Positions 19,063 to 27,935 of a stretch of DNA of 64,000 nucleotides are shown here, one piece after another. Within the stretch, counting starts at the first letter, position 1. Each line of letters begins with the position of its first letter. The stretch lies in sequence record OR770614.1. One strand, written 5' to 3'. A program made the position numbers and the translations under genes. The notes below the pieces were generated by a model. The model was not told the DNA's origin and searched no databases. It was given only the letters and a program-made list of their open reading frames with translations.

Positions 19063-19653
19063 TTACATACCTTCGCCTGGTTCTGGAATTTCACCTCTTG
19101 ATGCTTTCTCATACATCTCTTTTTGCTTTTCATATTCTGCATCCATATCTTCTTCTTCAGAACCACTATGTTTTTCTTCTTCGCTCAATTCATATTTTTT
19201 ATGAAGTTCAGGATTCGCCATTTCAGGTGAAACTGGTTGGAATTTACCTTCTTCAGCTAATCTATTTAGCTCTGGTGTCATTTCATCTGTTGTGGCAATT
19301 CCATCTCCATTCTTATCAGCCTTAATAATTTCTTCTTTTATGCTTTGAGGATCATCTGCTTTTGGTTGGTCACTGTTATCAACTTCTTGAGTATTTTCAA
19401 CATTACTATTAACTTCTGTTGAATCTGAACTTTGTTCTGTTTCTAAAGATTGATTCTCTTCGTTGTTTACTTCTTTGTTATTTTCTTCGTTGTTATTTTT
19501 ATTAGGTTTTTCTTTAACTTCTTGTTTTTGTTCTGTCTTCAGTTCTTTATCATTACTTTTTATATTCTTATATTGACTGTATCCAAATAAAACTGTTACA
19601 CCTAATACCGCTAATAATACTATTACACCTAATACACCTAAAATTTTTTTCAT
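19063..19653 (-). CDS. Membrane-anchored protein with an EF-hand-like loop (paralog 1 of 3)
   Basis: Same anchor; DKNGDGIATTDE fits the 12-residue EF-hand calcium loop. Confidence 0.7.
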   Translation of the reverse strand: MKKILGVLGVIVLLAVLGVTVLFGYSQYKNIKSNDKELKTEQKQEVKEKPNKNNNEENNKEVNNEENQSLETEQSSDSTEVNSNVENTQEVDNSDQPKADDPQSIKEEIIKADKNGDGIATTDEMTPELNRLAEEGKFQPVSPEMANPELHKKYELSEEEKHSGSEEEDMDAEYEKQKEMYEKASRGEIPEPGEGM

Positions 19654-19697
19654 AATAATTTCTCCTTTAATTTTAATAGTGAGTTAATCACTCTATA

Positions 19698-19720
19698 AGC
19701 TATCTACCTTAATAGATAGC
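19698..19720 (-). terminator. Hairpin downstream of the GC-rich gene
   Basis: GCTATCTA-CCTTAA-TAGATAGC on the + strand. Confidence 0.5.
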
Positions 19721-19730
19721 CTAACAATGA

Positions 19731-20012
19731 TCAGAATACGTCAACGTCAAAGCCTTCAAAGAATTCAAAGACTTCTTCCTGCTTTCTTCCGTCTGCTCCT
19801 GCCATGTGGAACAGGAGACCGAAGTTGTTCTCCTCATCGTGAAACTGTCTCTCGATGGCTTCAGTTAGGTCAAACACATCTTGAGATAGAGCAAGATCCA
19901 GACCCTCTTTGTCTTTAGCTACCACCTCTAGAACTGTCACTCCATTTATTTGAGGTTGGAATCCTCTTGTTGTTTTAATAATTTTAATTGTATCTGTCAT
20001 TTTGTCGTCCAC
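19731..20012 (-). CDS. Small acidic protein encoded by an anomalously GC-rich gene
   Basis: 93 aa (89 aa from MTDTIK); about 43% GC by hand count over 19741-19980. Confidence 0.65.
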   Translation of the reverse strand: MDDKMTDTIKIIKTTRGFQPQINGVTVLEVVAKDKEGLDLALSQDVFDLTEAIERQFHDEENNFGLLFHMAGADGRKQEEVFEFFEGFDVDVF

Positions 20013-20083
20013 CTTTATTTTTAATATGTAGAGTGGATCATAGAAAATAATCCACTCTTTTAAATCTATTTATCTTCATTGTT

Positions 20084-20176
20084 ATTATTGAAGACTTCTT
20101 TCATAAATTTGAAACATCCTGTTGCTTTCATGAATACAAGCAACACGATGATTGTAATAAAGTTTGCGATTAACAT
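20084..20176 (-). CDS. 30 aa micro-protein (not in ORF track)
   Basis: GGAGGTG RBS followed by MLIANFYYNHRVACIHESNRMFQIYERSLQ*. Confidence 0.45.
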
Positions 20177-20206
20177 ATCCGATACACCTCCTTATAGTTT
20201 AATTGA

Positions 20207-20404
20207 TTATTTCCAAAAATTTCCTTTCCTAATTTCTCCTACTGTATAATTAATTAATAATGATACAGCTGATAATACTAATCCAAGTGCTAAAGATTTT
20301 CCTTCTACGTATCCAATCATTTCTCCTATGATAAAACCAATTATAAAAGTAAACCAAAATAATATCCATGGCTTTATTTTCAATAATCTTTTTTCTTCAT
20401 TCAT
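20207..20404 (-). CDS. Small 2-TM membrane protein
   Basis: Two hydrophobic helices; resembles the next gene. Confidence 0.6.
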   Translation of the reverse strand: MNEEKRLLKIKPWILFWFTFIIGFIIGEMIGYVEGKSLALGLVLSAVSLLINYTVGEIRKGNFWK

Positions 20405-20661
20405 TATCTAAATACATCTCCTTTCTCACTATTTATTCTAATATAGTATACTTTATTACTTTTACTTTCTTGTATTTTAGATTTTCTTTCATCTCCAATT
20501 GCATAATTAATTGCTATAGCAATTAATGGTGTTAACATAGAAATTGTAGCTCCTACAAAGAAATCATTTGACATTAAACCAATAGTTGATCCTAATGTCA
20601 TACCTAAAACTAATGCCCATTCAGTTCTTAATCTTAAAATTTTCATAATAAAATCCTCCAT
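20404..20661 (-). CDS. Small 2-TM membrane protein
   Basis: Two hydrophobic helices; INYAIGD matches INYTVGE in 20207-20404. Confidence 0.6.
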   Translation of the reverse strand: MEDFIMKILRLRTEWALVLGMTLGSTIGLMSNDFFVGATISMLTPLIAIAINYAIGDERKSKIQESKSNKVYYIRINSEKGDVFR

Positions 20662-20666
20662 TTATA

Positions 20667-20972
20667 TTATTGAATTACTAATAAATCGTCTTTCCATAGA
20701 TTATGCTCTTCTTTACTTTGGAAAGATTGATGTAATCTTCCAGCTTTCGCATAATCACTGTTAACTTTATATTCCTTAATTTTATTCTTTTTGACATTTC
20801 TTAAATATCTTTCTGATCTAATGTCAAATTTTAATTTCTCTATTTGTTTCATTAAATCTAATTTCCTTTCAAATTGTTTATTTGAAATTGGTTTATCTCC
20901 GAATCTAATTTCTTTTTCTAATATTGCTTGTAATTCTTGTTTCAATTGTTTGATTTTTTCTTCTCTGACCAT
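20667..20972 (-). CDS. Basic coiled-coil protein with KAGRLH motif (copy B)
   Basis: Start MVREEK follows GGGGAG; SDYAKAGRLH shared with 22301-22609. Confidence 0.65.
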   Translation of the reverse strand: MVREEKIKQLKQELQAILEKEIRFGDKPISNKQFERKLDLMKQIEKLKFDIRSERYLRNVKKNKIKEYKVNSDYAKAGRLHQSFQSKEEHNLWKDDLLVIQ

Positions 20973-20977
20973 TTTAA

Positions 20978-21148
20978 TTACACTCCCCATTTTCTTAATC
21001 CGAAAGCTGAATTATCAAAGCTATCTAGTATAGATTCTATTTCTTTATACGTTTGTTCAGATGGGTATCTTGCTCCATCTGAATAATTGTTTAGCAATTC
21101 CTCTTCGTTAATTTCCATAAATTCAATTTCATTTAATAAGTCTAACAT
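20978..21148 (-). CDS. 56 aa acidic micro-protein (not in ORF track)
   Basis: AAGGATG RBS; MLDLLNEIEFMEINEEELL...GLRKWGV*. Confidence 0.55.
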   Translation of the reverse strand: MLDLLNEIEFMEINEEELLNNYSDGARYPSEQTYKEIESILDSFDNSAFGLRKWGV

Positions 21149-21176
21149 AATAAATCATCCTTTTCTTTTTAGTTTT

Positions 21177-21216
21177 TTGTTGGATCATAGAAAATTATAG
21201 ACCTAATGAACTTGAT
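21177..21216 (-). repeat. 40-nt direct repeat (copy B) containing the TTTTCTATGATCC motif and a hairpin arm
   Basis: ttgttggatcatagaaaattatagacctaatgaacttgat is identical to 22630-22669. Confidence 0.9.
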
Positions 21217-21260
21217 CCATGTCCATTAGGTCTCTTTAAAACAGTATCTTTTTCAACTCC

Positions 21261-21359
21261 TTATAATTTCTTAATTAATTTTCTTTCAAATAGAATAGTT
21301 TTAAGACTAATTCTATAAGAAGATTTTTCATTCTGTTTATTAATGATAGTGATTTTCAT
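21261..21359 (-). CDS. 32 aa basic micro-protein (not in ORF track)
   Basis: AAGGAGG RBS; MKITIINKQNEKSSYRISLKTILFERKLIKKL*. Confidence 0.45.
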   Translation of the reverse strand: MKITIINKQNEKSSYRISLKTILFERKLIKKL

Positions 21360-21375
21360 AATGTTTCCTCCTTTT

Positions 21376-21543
21376 TTATTTTAATTTAGCGAACGGATGT
21401 TCAAAAGTTATTTCTGAAGCTCTTTTAAAAACTTGTTTTTCCATTTCTTTTTGCATAGACATTTCTTCAATCTTGTCTAAAACAACTCCCATCACAATTC
21501 CTAATCCAAATCCTGCTAATAATTTCAATAATAATTTTGTCAT
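21376..21543 (-). CDS. 55 aa membrane-anchored protein (copy B)
   Basis: GGAGG RBS; QKEMEKQVFKRASEITFEHPF nearly identical to 22716-22883. Confidence 0.7.
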   Translation of the reverse strand: MTKLLLKLLAGFGLGIVMGVVLDKIEEMSMQKEMEKQVFKRASEITFEHPFAKLK

Positions 21544-21639
21544 AATATATTCCTCCATTAATTTTATGAAGAAAGAGTTAATGATAATCTCTTTCTTCAT
21601 AATTATAATATATGCTTATTTTATTATACGTTACGCTTT

Positions 21640-22287
21640 TTAAAATTCAACTGATTTACTATTAATTAATTGATCTACAATAATATCAATATCTCTTCCA
21701 AAATATTCTTCTATTAATACATTATCCCATGTTACATAATTTTTATCTTCAAAATATTCAATATCAATATCCATATAGACTAGCTCGATAATTAATTCTC
21801 TAAGATCTTCAATGTTATTAACATTTTCTATTTCGTTATTTTTTAAAGTTTTTTGTATAATGTAAAAATAATATAGACCATTTTGTTGTTCAGGTTCTTC
21901 ATTATTAAGTTGGATAATTTGATTACATAATCTTATAATATGTTTATGAGTTAATTTCCAATCTTCTTTGTTTAATAAAGATATTGTATTCTCTTCTACA
22001 ATATTTCTAGGATTTAGAATTTCATTATTCATGATTCTCATTAAGAATTTCAAAGAATCATTAACTGAAATTACATCTAATCTACTTAATTTTCCATTAT
22101 ATTTTTCAGTATTTAATTCTTTTTCTTTTTCTAAAAATAACTTAACAAATTCATTTCCTTTAACTATATGCTTTTGATCTCCTAAAAATGCTAAATCAAT
22201 ATAATCTATAGCTTTTTGATATGAATCTTTAATTCCTGAAAATTCTAAATTTGACTCTTTTAAATTACTTTTATTTATTTTTAACAT
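21640..22287 (-). CDS. Hypothetical protein
   Basis: Start MLKINK follows AAGGAG; the longer ORF-track start overlaps the upstream gene by 107 nt. Confidence 0.6.
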   Translation of the reverse strand: MLKINKSNLKESNLEFSGIKDSYQKAIDYIDLAFLGDQKHIVKGNEFVKLFLEKEKELNTEKYNGKLSRLDVISVNDSLKFLMRIMNNEILNPRNIVEENTISLLNKEDWKLTHKHIIRLCNQIIQLNNEEPEQQNGLYYFYIIQKTLKNNEIENVNNIEDLRELIIELVYMDIDIEYFEDKNYVTWDNVLIEEYFGRDIDIIVDQLINSKSVEF

Positions 22288-22300
22288 AATTATTTCTCCT

Positions 22301-22609
22301 TTATTGTTCTGAATTATTGAAAATTGCGTGTTTCTCTTGTTTCTGATATTTTCTATGAAGTCTACCTGCTTTAGAAAATTCATCTGATCCTTTGTAAATA
22401 TTATCATTATTCTGATCTTTAACTCTCGCTATATGTTTTTCTCTATCGAAAGTTTTTTCATCTTTTTCTAGTTCATTAATTTCTTTAATTAATCTTTCTT
22501 TTTCTTTATGAAGTCTTTCTCTTATAGTGAATGATCTGTTTATTCCTATATTTGAATATACAGTTTTTAATTCTTTTCTTAACTCTACTAATTTATTTTT
22601 GTTATTCAT
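22301..22609 (-). CDS. Basic coiled-coil protein with KAGRLH motif (copy A)
   Basis: SDEFSKAGRLH; paralog of 20667-20972. Confidence 0.65.
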   Translation of the reverse strand: MNNKNKLVELRKELKTVYSNIGINRSFTIRERLHKEKERLIKEINELEKDEKTFDREKHIARVKDQNNDNIYKGSDEFSKAGRLHRKYQKQEKHAIFNNSEQ

Positions 22610-22629
22610 TGATTTTTAGCTCCTTTTTA

Positions 22630-22669
22630 TTGTTGGATCATAGAAAATTATAGACCTAATGAACTTGAT
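22630..22669 (-). repeat. 40-nt direct repeat (copy A)
   Basis: Identical to 21177-21216. Confidence 0.9.
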
Positions 22670-22715
22670 ACATTATATTCATTAAGTCTTTAAAACAGTT
22701 ATCCTCTTTCCTCCT

Positions 22716-22883
22716 CTATCCTAAATTAGAAAACGGATGTTCAAACGTTATTTCTGAAGCTCTTTTAAGAACTTGTTTTTCCATTTCCTTTTGCATAATT
22801 AATTCGTCAATCTTATTGTTAATTACTCCTAATACGATTCCTACACCAAATCCTACCAACGTTTTCAATACTAAGTTTTTCAT
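22716..22883 (-). CDS. 55 aa membrane-anchored protein (copy A)
   Basis: GGAGG RBS; paralog of 21376-21543. Confidence 0.7.
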   Translation of the reverse strand: MKNLVLKTLVGFGVGIVLGVINNKIDELIMQKEMEKQVLKRASEITFEHPFSNLG

Positions 22884-22970
22884 AATAATTCCTCCATTAA
22901 TTTTTATTAGAAAGATAATTAATATTTTATCTTTCTTCATTATTATAATATATACTTATTTTAGCATACA

Positions 22971-23606
22971 TTACGCTTTTTCTAAAACACCTAAATCATA
23001 TAAATGGTTAACCATAATATAAAATTCATCTTTATCTATATTTTTATTATTTGGTATCATTTCAAATAAATCATATTTATTTATATTAATAATATCTACA
23101 TTATCCTTATTTTTGTCTAAAACACGCTCTATGTGAATTGTATTATGCAATAGATTATTTAACTCAGGTAGATAAAAATAGATATTTTGATACTTACAAT
23201 TATCTGAATTTAACTCTATAATTAATTCATCTAGCTTATCTTTAATGTATTTGATAACTCTATCAAATGTACTACCATTTGTTAATTTAAAACCAGTAGA
23301 TCGAATTACTTCTTTAGTATCAAAAACATTAGATTTAACAATATTGTTTAACATCATTAAATCTTCTTTCAATAATTTGATATTTAAATTAGATTCATTA
23401 AAGTTGTTAGATTCTAATGCTTGGTATCTAGATTTTTCTAAATAATAAATAATGAAATTGTAATAATCTTTTAACGGTTTATAAGATATATATTCTTTAT
23501 TGATAATATCTCTATACTCATTTATTAGTTTTGTATAACTATCATCCGTTTTTATTTCTTTAACATTTGTTAATAGTTCATTGACTTTAATCATAATATA
23601 TTGCAC
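22971..23606 (-). CDS. Hypothetical protein
   Basis: 211 aa ORF with GAGGTG RBS, just downstream of a TTTTCTATGATCC copy. Confidence 0.6.
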   Translation of the reverse strand: MQYIMIKVNELLTNVKEIKTDDSYTKLINEYRDIINKEYISYKPLKDYYNFIIYYLEKSRYQALESNNFNESNLNIKLLKEDLMMLNNIVKSNVFDTKEVIRSTGFKLTNGSTFDRVIKYIKDKLDELIIELNSDNCKYQNIYFYLPELNNLLHNTIHIERVLDKNKDNVDIININKYDLFEMIPNNKNIDKDEFYIMVNHLYDLGVLEKA

Positions 23607-23638
23607 CTCTATATTTTTTATTTTTGGATCATAGAAAA

Positions 23639-23881
23639 TTACATACCTAGAAAGCTAGATATAACATGTACTCGTATTTCAACTATTGATTTTACTATTG
23701 ATGTTAACGTTACAAGTGATATCGCTAATATAAGTTTTGTCCTTAAGCTTAATTTTCTTTTAAATATATAATTCTCTAAATAAGTAGATAAATATTTAGA
23801 AATTTCAAAAGACCCAAAAGCTATCGCTACTGGTATTAACGTATAATATAATAAAGCAATTATTATATCTAATATAAACAT
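23639..23881 (-). CDS. Small 2-TM membrane protein
   Basis: Two hydrophobic helices; follows the promoter at 23941-23956. Confidence 0.6.
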   Translation of the reverse strand: MFILDIIIALLYYTLIPVAIAFGSFEISKYLSTYLENYIFKRKLSLRTKLILAISLVTLTSIVKSIVEIRVHVISSFLGM

Positions 23882-24013
23882 TAATTCATCTCCTTTTTAT
23901 TTATTTAAGATATATCATTATATATTATATATCTTCATTATTATAATATATATTTAAATAAATGATAATTACGAAAAAAAAAATATTAGAGGTAATGATC
24001 AAATTAATGATCA

Positions 24014-24739
24014 TTACCTCAATTTTATTAATTCTTTTATTACTGTGTAAATATTAATATTGAAACCTTTAAATATAATTACAATCATATTCCATATTAA
24101 TAATAATATTTGAATTGATATAATTATATATTTTTCATTGACATTATTATTAATATTGTAATGTGATAATTCAAAATTTATTGTATTCATATTTAAAATT
24201 AGTATTGAAAATATTAATGGAAATAAAGAAAAGAATGAAGCAAAAGTAACTCTCATACTTTTATCTTTATATATTCCATAATCTGAAGAATAATGTAATA
24301 CCGTTATTATAAGTAGTATCATTACAAAAAACATAAATACTGAATTTAATATAGAAGAATCGGATATTAATAAACCAAATAAAAATATATTAGCAACAAT
24401 AAATATTCTTAAAATACTTTTCATTTTAATAAAACCAACAAATGCTAAATCTAATAATATATTAATAATTATTGCACTTAATATTACGATTAAAATGCTC
24501 CAATTCCATATTAAATTTCCATATGAAGATATATCATCAATTATAATTTGTAAAAATATTATTAATAATAAACTTAAATATACGGTAAAAGAAACTGGAG
24601 CAATATCATATATACTATTCTTTTTATCTTTTATATTCTTATAGGTATAAAAATAAAATGTAATATATATTGATATTAATAAGAAAGGTATATTTAATAT
24701 CAATGATATAAAATTTAATTTATTTATTAAATCCATCAT
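24014..24739 (-). CDS. Polytopic membrane protein (about 7 TM)
   Basis: Almost entirely hydrophobic segments. Confidence 0.65.
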   Translation of the reverse strand: MMDLINKLNFISLILNIPFLLISIYITFYFYTYKNIKDKKNSIYDIAPVSFTVYLSLLLIIFLQIIIDDISSYGNLIWNWSILIVILSAIIINILLDLAFVGFIKMKSILRIFIVANIFLFGLLISDSSILNSVFMFFVMILLIITVLHYSSDYGIYKDKSMRVTFASFFSLFPLIFSILILNMNTINFELSHYNINNNVNEKYIIISIQILLLIWNMIVIIFKGFNINIYTVIKELIKLR

Positions 24740-24758
24740 AATTTAAAACACATTCTTT

Positions 24759-25376
24759 CTATTCTGATTTACTAAATTCATTAATAAAATTATATTCTTG
24801 ATCAATATCTTTAAAATATTCGTCTATAATTTTACTCTGTTTAGATAGTATATTAATCTCTGTTACACTTGGTTTAAGATTAAGAACTTTCTGATTCACT
24901 GTCTCTGATTTAAAAACATCATTTAAACGTTTATTCATAAGAGAAGTATCTATTTTAGAAATATATTCATTTAATTCAATTGTATCAATATCAACAGGTA
25001 TAATAAAGTATAAGTTAGTCTTAATTATTTCATTATCTTCTGTTTTATTTCCTGTATAAATAATATTAACTTTATCAACTGATTTTAAATCAGAATTCAT
25101 AATATTATCAATAATTTTAGCATTTGAATTTTTAAAGTCTTTATCAATATTATCTAGATAATTGTAAAATTCATTAAATCTAACGATATGACCTGTATGG
25201 AAATCAAATCTCATTTTAAATTGATTTTTTCCTTTTTTATTGAATTTAACAACTTCATTAATATCTTTTATATCATGCGTGTAATCTGGTTTAACCTTTT
25301 TATTAAATTCAAAATTAGACAATAATAAATAATTATTATTGTCTTTATCTTGAAATATTAGAAATTTATTTTTCAT
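24759..25376 (-). CDS. Hypothetical protein
   Basis: 205 aa ORF. Confidence 0.6.
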   Translation of the reverse strand: MKNKFLIFQDKDNNNYLLLSNFEFNKKVKPDYTHDIKDINEVVKFNKKGKNQFKMRFDFHTGHIVRFNEFYNYLDNIDKDFKNSNAKIIDNIMNSDLKSVDKVNIIYTGNKTEDNEIIKTNLYFIIPVDIDTIELNEYISKIDTSLMNKRLNDVFKSETVNQKVLNLKPSVTEINILSKQSKIIDEYFKDIDQEYNFINEFSKSE

Positions 25377-25390
25377 AATTCATTTCACCC

Positions 25391-25918
25391 TTATCCGTTT
25401 TTAATTTTGTCAAATCCGTCTATTAATTTAAGTAATTTATATGACATTAATGTTACTGATAAATTATTATAAGTTGATACATAAAGTTCTTTAAGATCTT
25501 TATTATTAAATTCATCTTTATTAATTTTATTAATAATTTCATCTAAAGATGTTTCTAATATTAATACTGATTTATAATCATCTTTATTAATATTTGTTTT
25601 AATATCACTTGATGTTTTTAATAAAGTACTGATATTCTCTTTATCAGCTTCATTAACTTCATTATCTTTGAAGATATCAATTATATTATCTTCAATATTC
25701 TTTAATTCTTTTAGTGAATTATTAATATTGATACTTATATACATTTTATTATTTTCTAAATCTCTCTTATTACTGATATTCTCTAATATACCTTTTAAGA
25801 TATTCTTATTAGGAAATTCCTCCAATTTACTACTTGTTTGAAAATCTGTTAATTCTTTAAATATTTCTTCAAATGTAAAAATTTCTTGTTTGTTTGACAT
25901 ATCCATTTCACTCTCCAT
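25391..25918 (-). CDS. Hypothetical helical protein
   Basis: 175 aa ORF downstream of the promoter-hairpin at 25933-25986. Confidence 0.6.
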   Translation of the reverse strand: MESEMDMSNKQEIFTFEEIFKELTDFQTSSKLEEFPNKNILKGILENISNKRDLENNKMYISININNSLKELKNIEDNIIDIFKDNEVNEADKENISTLLKTSSDIKTNINKDDYKSVLILETSLDEIINKINKDEFNNKDLKELYVSTYNNLSVTLMSYKLLKLIDGFDKIKNG

Positions 25919-25932
25919 TTTAATAATTTAAT

Positions 25933-25986
25933 ATAGGTAATGAGCGTTATAATATTTGCTCATTACCTATTTATAATATATATTTA
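25933..25986 (-). promoter_or_regulatory. Early promoter plus GGTAATGA-family 5' hairpin
   Basis: TAAATATATATTATAA-ATAGGTAATGAGC-AAATATTATAAC-GCTCATTACCTAT on the - strand. Confidence 0.65.
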
Positions 25987-25990
25987 TTTC

Positions 25991-27052
25991 TTATTTAATA
26001 CTACTAAATAATATTGGATCTGATAATTTAATTCTTTCTTTAGGAACTCCAAAATCTTTTTCTTCTTCATGTAAATTGTAATAAATATTAGCATCATTAA
26101 GTTTAACTGCAATTGAATTGCCCAACATTCTATAACTTTTATAATCTGATAATTTAACATCTTTATCTGAATAAATATTTATATTCATATTAAGTAAACC
26201 TAATTTACTTAAATAATCAAATACAAATTTATATCCTTTTCCATTATTAGCTATAAATAAATCATTATCATTTATCTCCCTATTATGAATATGATTAAAT
26301 ATAGATATAATGTCAAAGAAACCTTCTGCTATATGAATGTTATACACATTTTGATCCAATGCCAAATTATTCGTGATTGAATAAAATCTATTACTTTCTT
26401 CTGCTAGATTTTTAAATATCTTTTGTTTAAAGTGTTTTCTACCAGTAACTTCATTAAACATTTTTCTACAATTTATAGTGTTTCTATCATTTAACATATA
26501 ACTAAAATAATTTTGATTTAATGTATTTATTTGAAGTTTATTATCTATATCAAAATTATTCTTTCTATAGAAATCATTTATATTTAATATTAGTTTATAT
26601 AAATCAATATCTGATTCACTAATATTAATTCCTAATCTTTCATTGATATAATTAATTTTTCCTATTTCTAATTCATTATATTGATCTGGATAGTAATCTA
26701 ATACTTTAGTATTTCTATCAATAAAACTTTTACCGTATTTTCTATTTAAGTTAGATAAGTAATTATTATATTCACTATTAATATAACTACCAATATCAGC
26801 TTGATTAGAGTTTAGCATTTCTAATACTTTACTATTCATAACTCCTGAAGCATTACATCTCTGACAGAAATATTTAAATGGTGTATTATTTTGAATATAC
26901 ATATGTGTTGATTTATTAGATTTTTTAGAATCACCACAAAATGGACATCTAACCATTGTTTCATCTTGAGAAGAAGTTAATCTACATGGATTAACATTCT
27001 GTTTTAAATGATGGTATAAAGTTAAATCGTATTTACTCATGTAGATTAACAC
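25991..27052 (-). CDS. DNA primase, T4 gp61-like (Zn ribbon plus TOPRIM)
   Basis: RCPFCGDS...YFCQRC zinc ribbon; IAEGFFD and IYSDKD TOPRIM motifs. Confidence 0.85.
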   Translation of the reverse strand: MLIYMSKYDLTLYHHLKQNVNPCRLTSSQDETMVRCPFCGDSKKSNKSTHMYIQNNTPFKYFCQRCNASGVMNSKVLEMLNSNQADIGSYINSEYNNYLSNLNRKYGKSFIDRNTKVLDYYPDQYNELEIGKINYINERLGINISESDIDLYKLILNINDFYRKNNFDIDNKLQINTLNQNYFSYMLNDRNTINCRKMFNEVTGRKHFKQKIFKNLAEESNRFYSITNNLALDQNVYNIHIAEGFFDIISIFNHIHNREINDNDLFIANNGKGYKFVFDYLSKLGLLNMNINIYSDKDVKLSDYKSYRMLGNSIAVKLNDANIYYNLHEEEKDFGVPKERIKLSDPILFSSIK

Positions 27053-27066
27053 TTCTTTCTTTTATA

Positions 27067-27729
27067 TTATAATAAATTAATAATTTTTCGAGCAACTTTA
27101 TCAAAGATAGATTCTTGTTTTCCTGCTTTTTTAATATCTACATTATCACGATATTCTCTACCTGTTTCAGGATCTTTTTGAACATTTTGCATCTTATCTT
27201 TAATTTCTTTAGCTTTTTCTTCTGTTTTATTTTTAAGTCCTTCTGTAGCTTCTTTTGTTTTCTCTACTGTAGGTGATTCAACTACAGTTTCTACAGCTAA
27301 TTCTACTTTACTTGGTTTAACTTCATCTCCACGTAAAATTTTCTTGTATTCGTTAAATGTAGGATATCCTTCTTTAGCAAATCTATAATCTTCAGTTAAA
27401 TGTCCAAAATATTCAGCTCTACGAATATGAGTAATAGTGTGAGTTTTTCTTTCAATTCCATATTTCTCTTTAAATTCTTTTAAAATGTAAGTATTACCAT
27501 GTCCTTTATCGATTAAACCAGCAATAAAGTGAACTTGCTCTTTAGTTAATTTTGGTGTACCTTTAGTAGTTGTTTGTTTTTTAGTCATTTTTAAATCATC
27601 CTTTTTATTATTATTTTTTGGCAAATCTATAATTTTTTCGTTAATTGAGTTTTCTAATTTAATTTCTTTTTCTAACTTTTTCTTTTCTAACTTTTTTCTT
27701 TGTCGTTTATTCATGGTCAATGTCTCCAA
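27067..27729 (-). CDS. Putative DNA-binding protein, paralog of 54564-55208
   Basis: LTKEQVHFIAGLIDKGHGN...YPTFNEY aligns with FNDSQLHFISKMIDKGYNN...YPTYYEW; start may be the internal MTKKQ. Confidence 0.55.
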   Translation of the reverse strand: METLTMNKRQRKKLEKKKLEKEIKLENSINEKIIDLPKNNNKKDDLKMTKKQTTTKGTPKLTKEQVHFIAGLIDKGHGNTYILKEFKEKYGIERKTHTITHIRRAEYFGHLTEDYRFAKEGYPTFNEYKKILRGDEVKPSKVELAVETVVESPTVEKTKEATEGLKNKTEEKAKEIKDKMQNVQKDPETGREYRDNVDIKKAGKQESIFDKVARKIINLL

Positions 27730-27748
27730 TTATATTTATTTAATTTTC

Positions 27749-27871
27749 TTATCTATTTTTCTGACACTGTTTAGCTAATTCCCTCATCACCTTTGTTCTC
27801 TTTGCCCCTTTCTTTGCTACTGCTCTATTTCTCTTGTAATTTCTCACCATTTGATTTAGAATTTCTCTCAT
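27749..27871 (-). CDS. 40 aa highly basic micro-protein
   Basis: AAGGAG RBS; MREILNQMVRNYKRNRAVAKKGAKRTKVMRELAKQCQKNR*. Confidence 0.55.
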   Translation of the reverse strand: MREILNQMVRNYKRNRAVAKKGAKRTKVMRELAKQCQKNR

Positions 27872-27935
27872 CTTTATCTTCTCCTTTATATAATAATAAG
27901 AATAACGATCTAATAAGACCGTTATTCTAAAAAAT

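Noticed and set aside
19727-19918. + strand 63-aa ORF over the GC-rich island
   Set aside because: Open frame is explained by locally fewer stop codons; the - strand ORF has the RBS, upstream motif and orientation of the region. Not fully excluded
22288-22407. 107-nt overlap between the ORF-track 21640-22407 gene and 22301-22609
   Set aside because: Disappears when the start is set at 22287, which has a strong AAGGAG RBS
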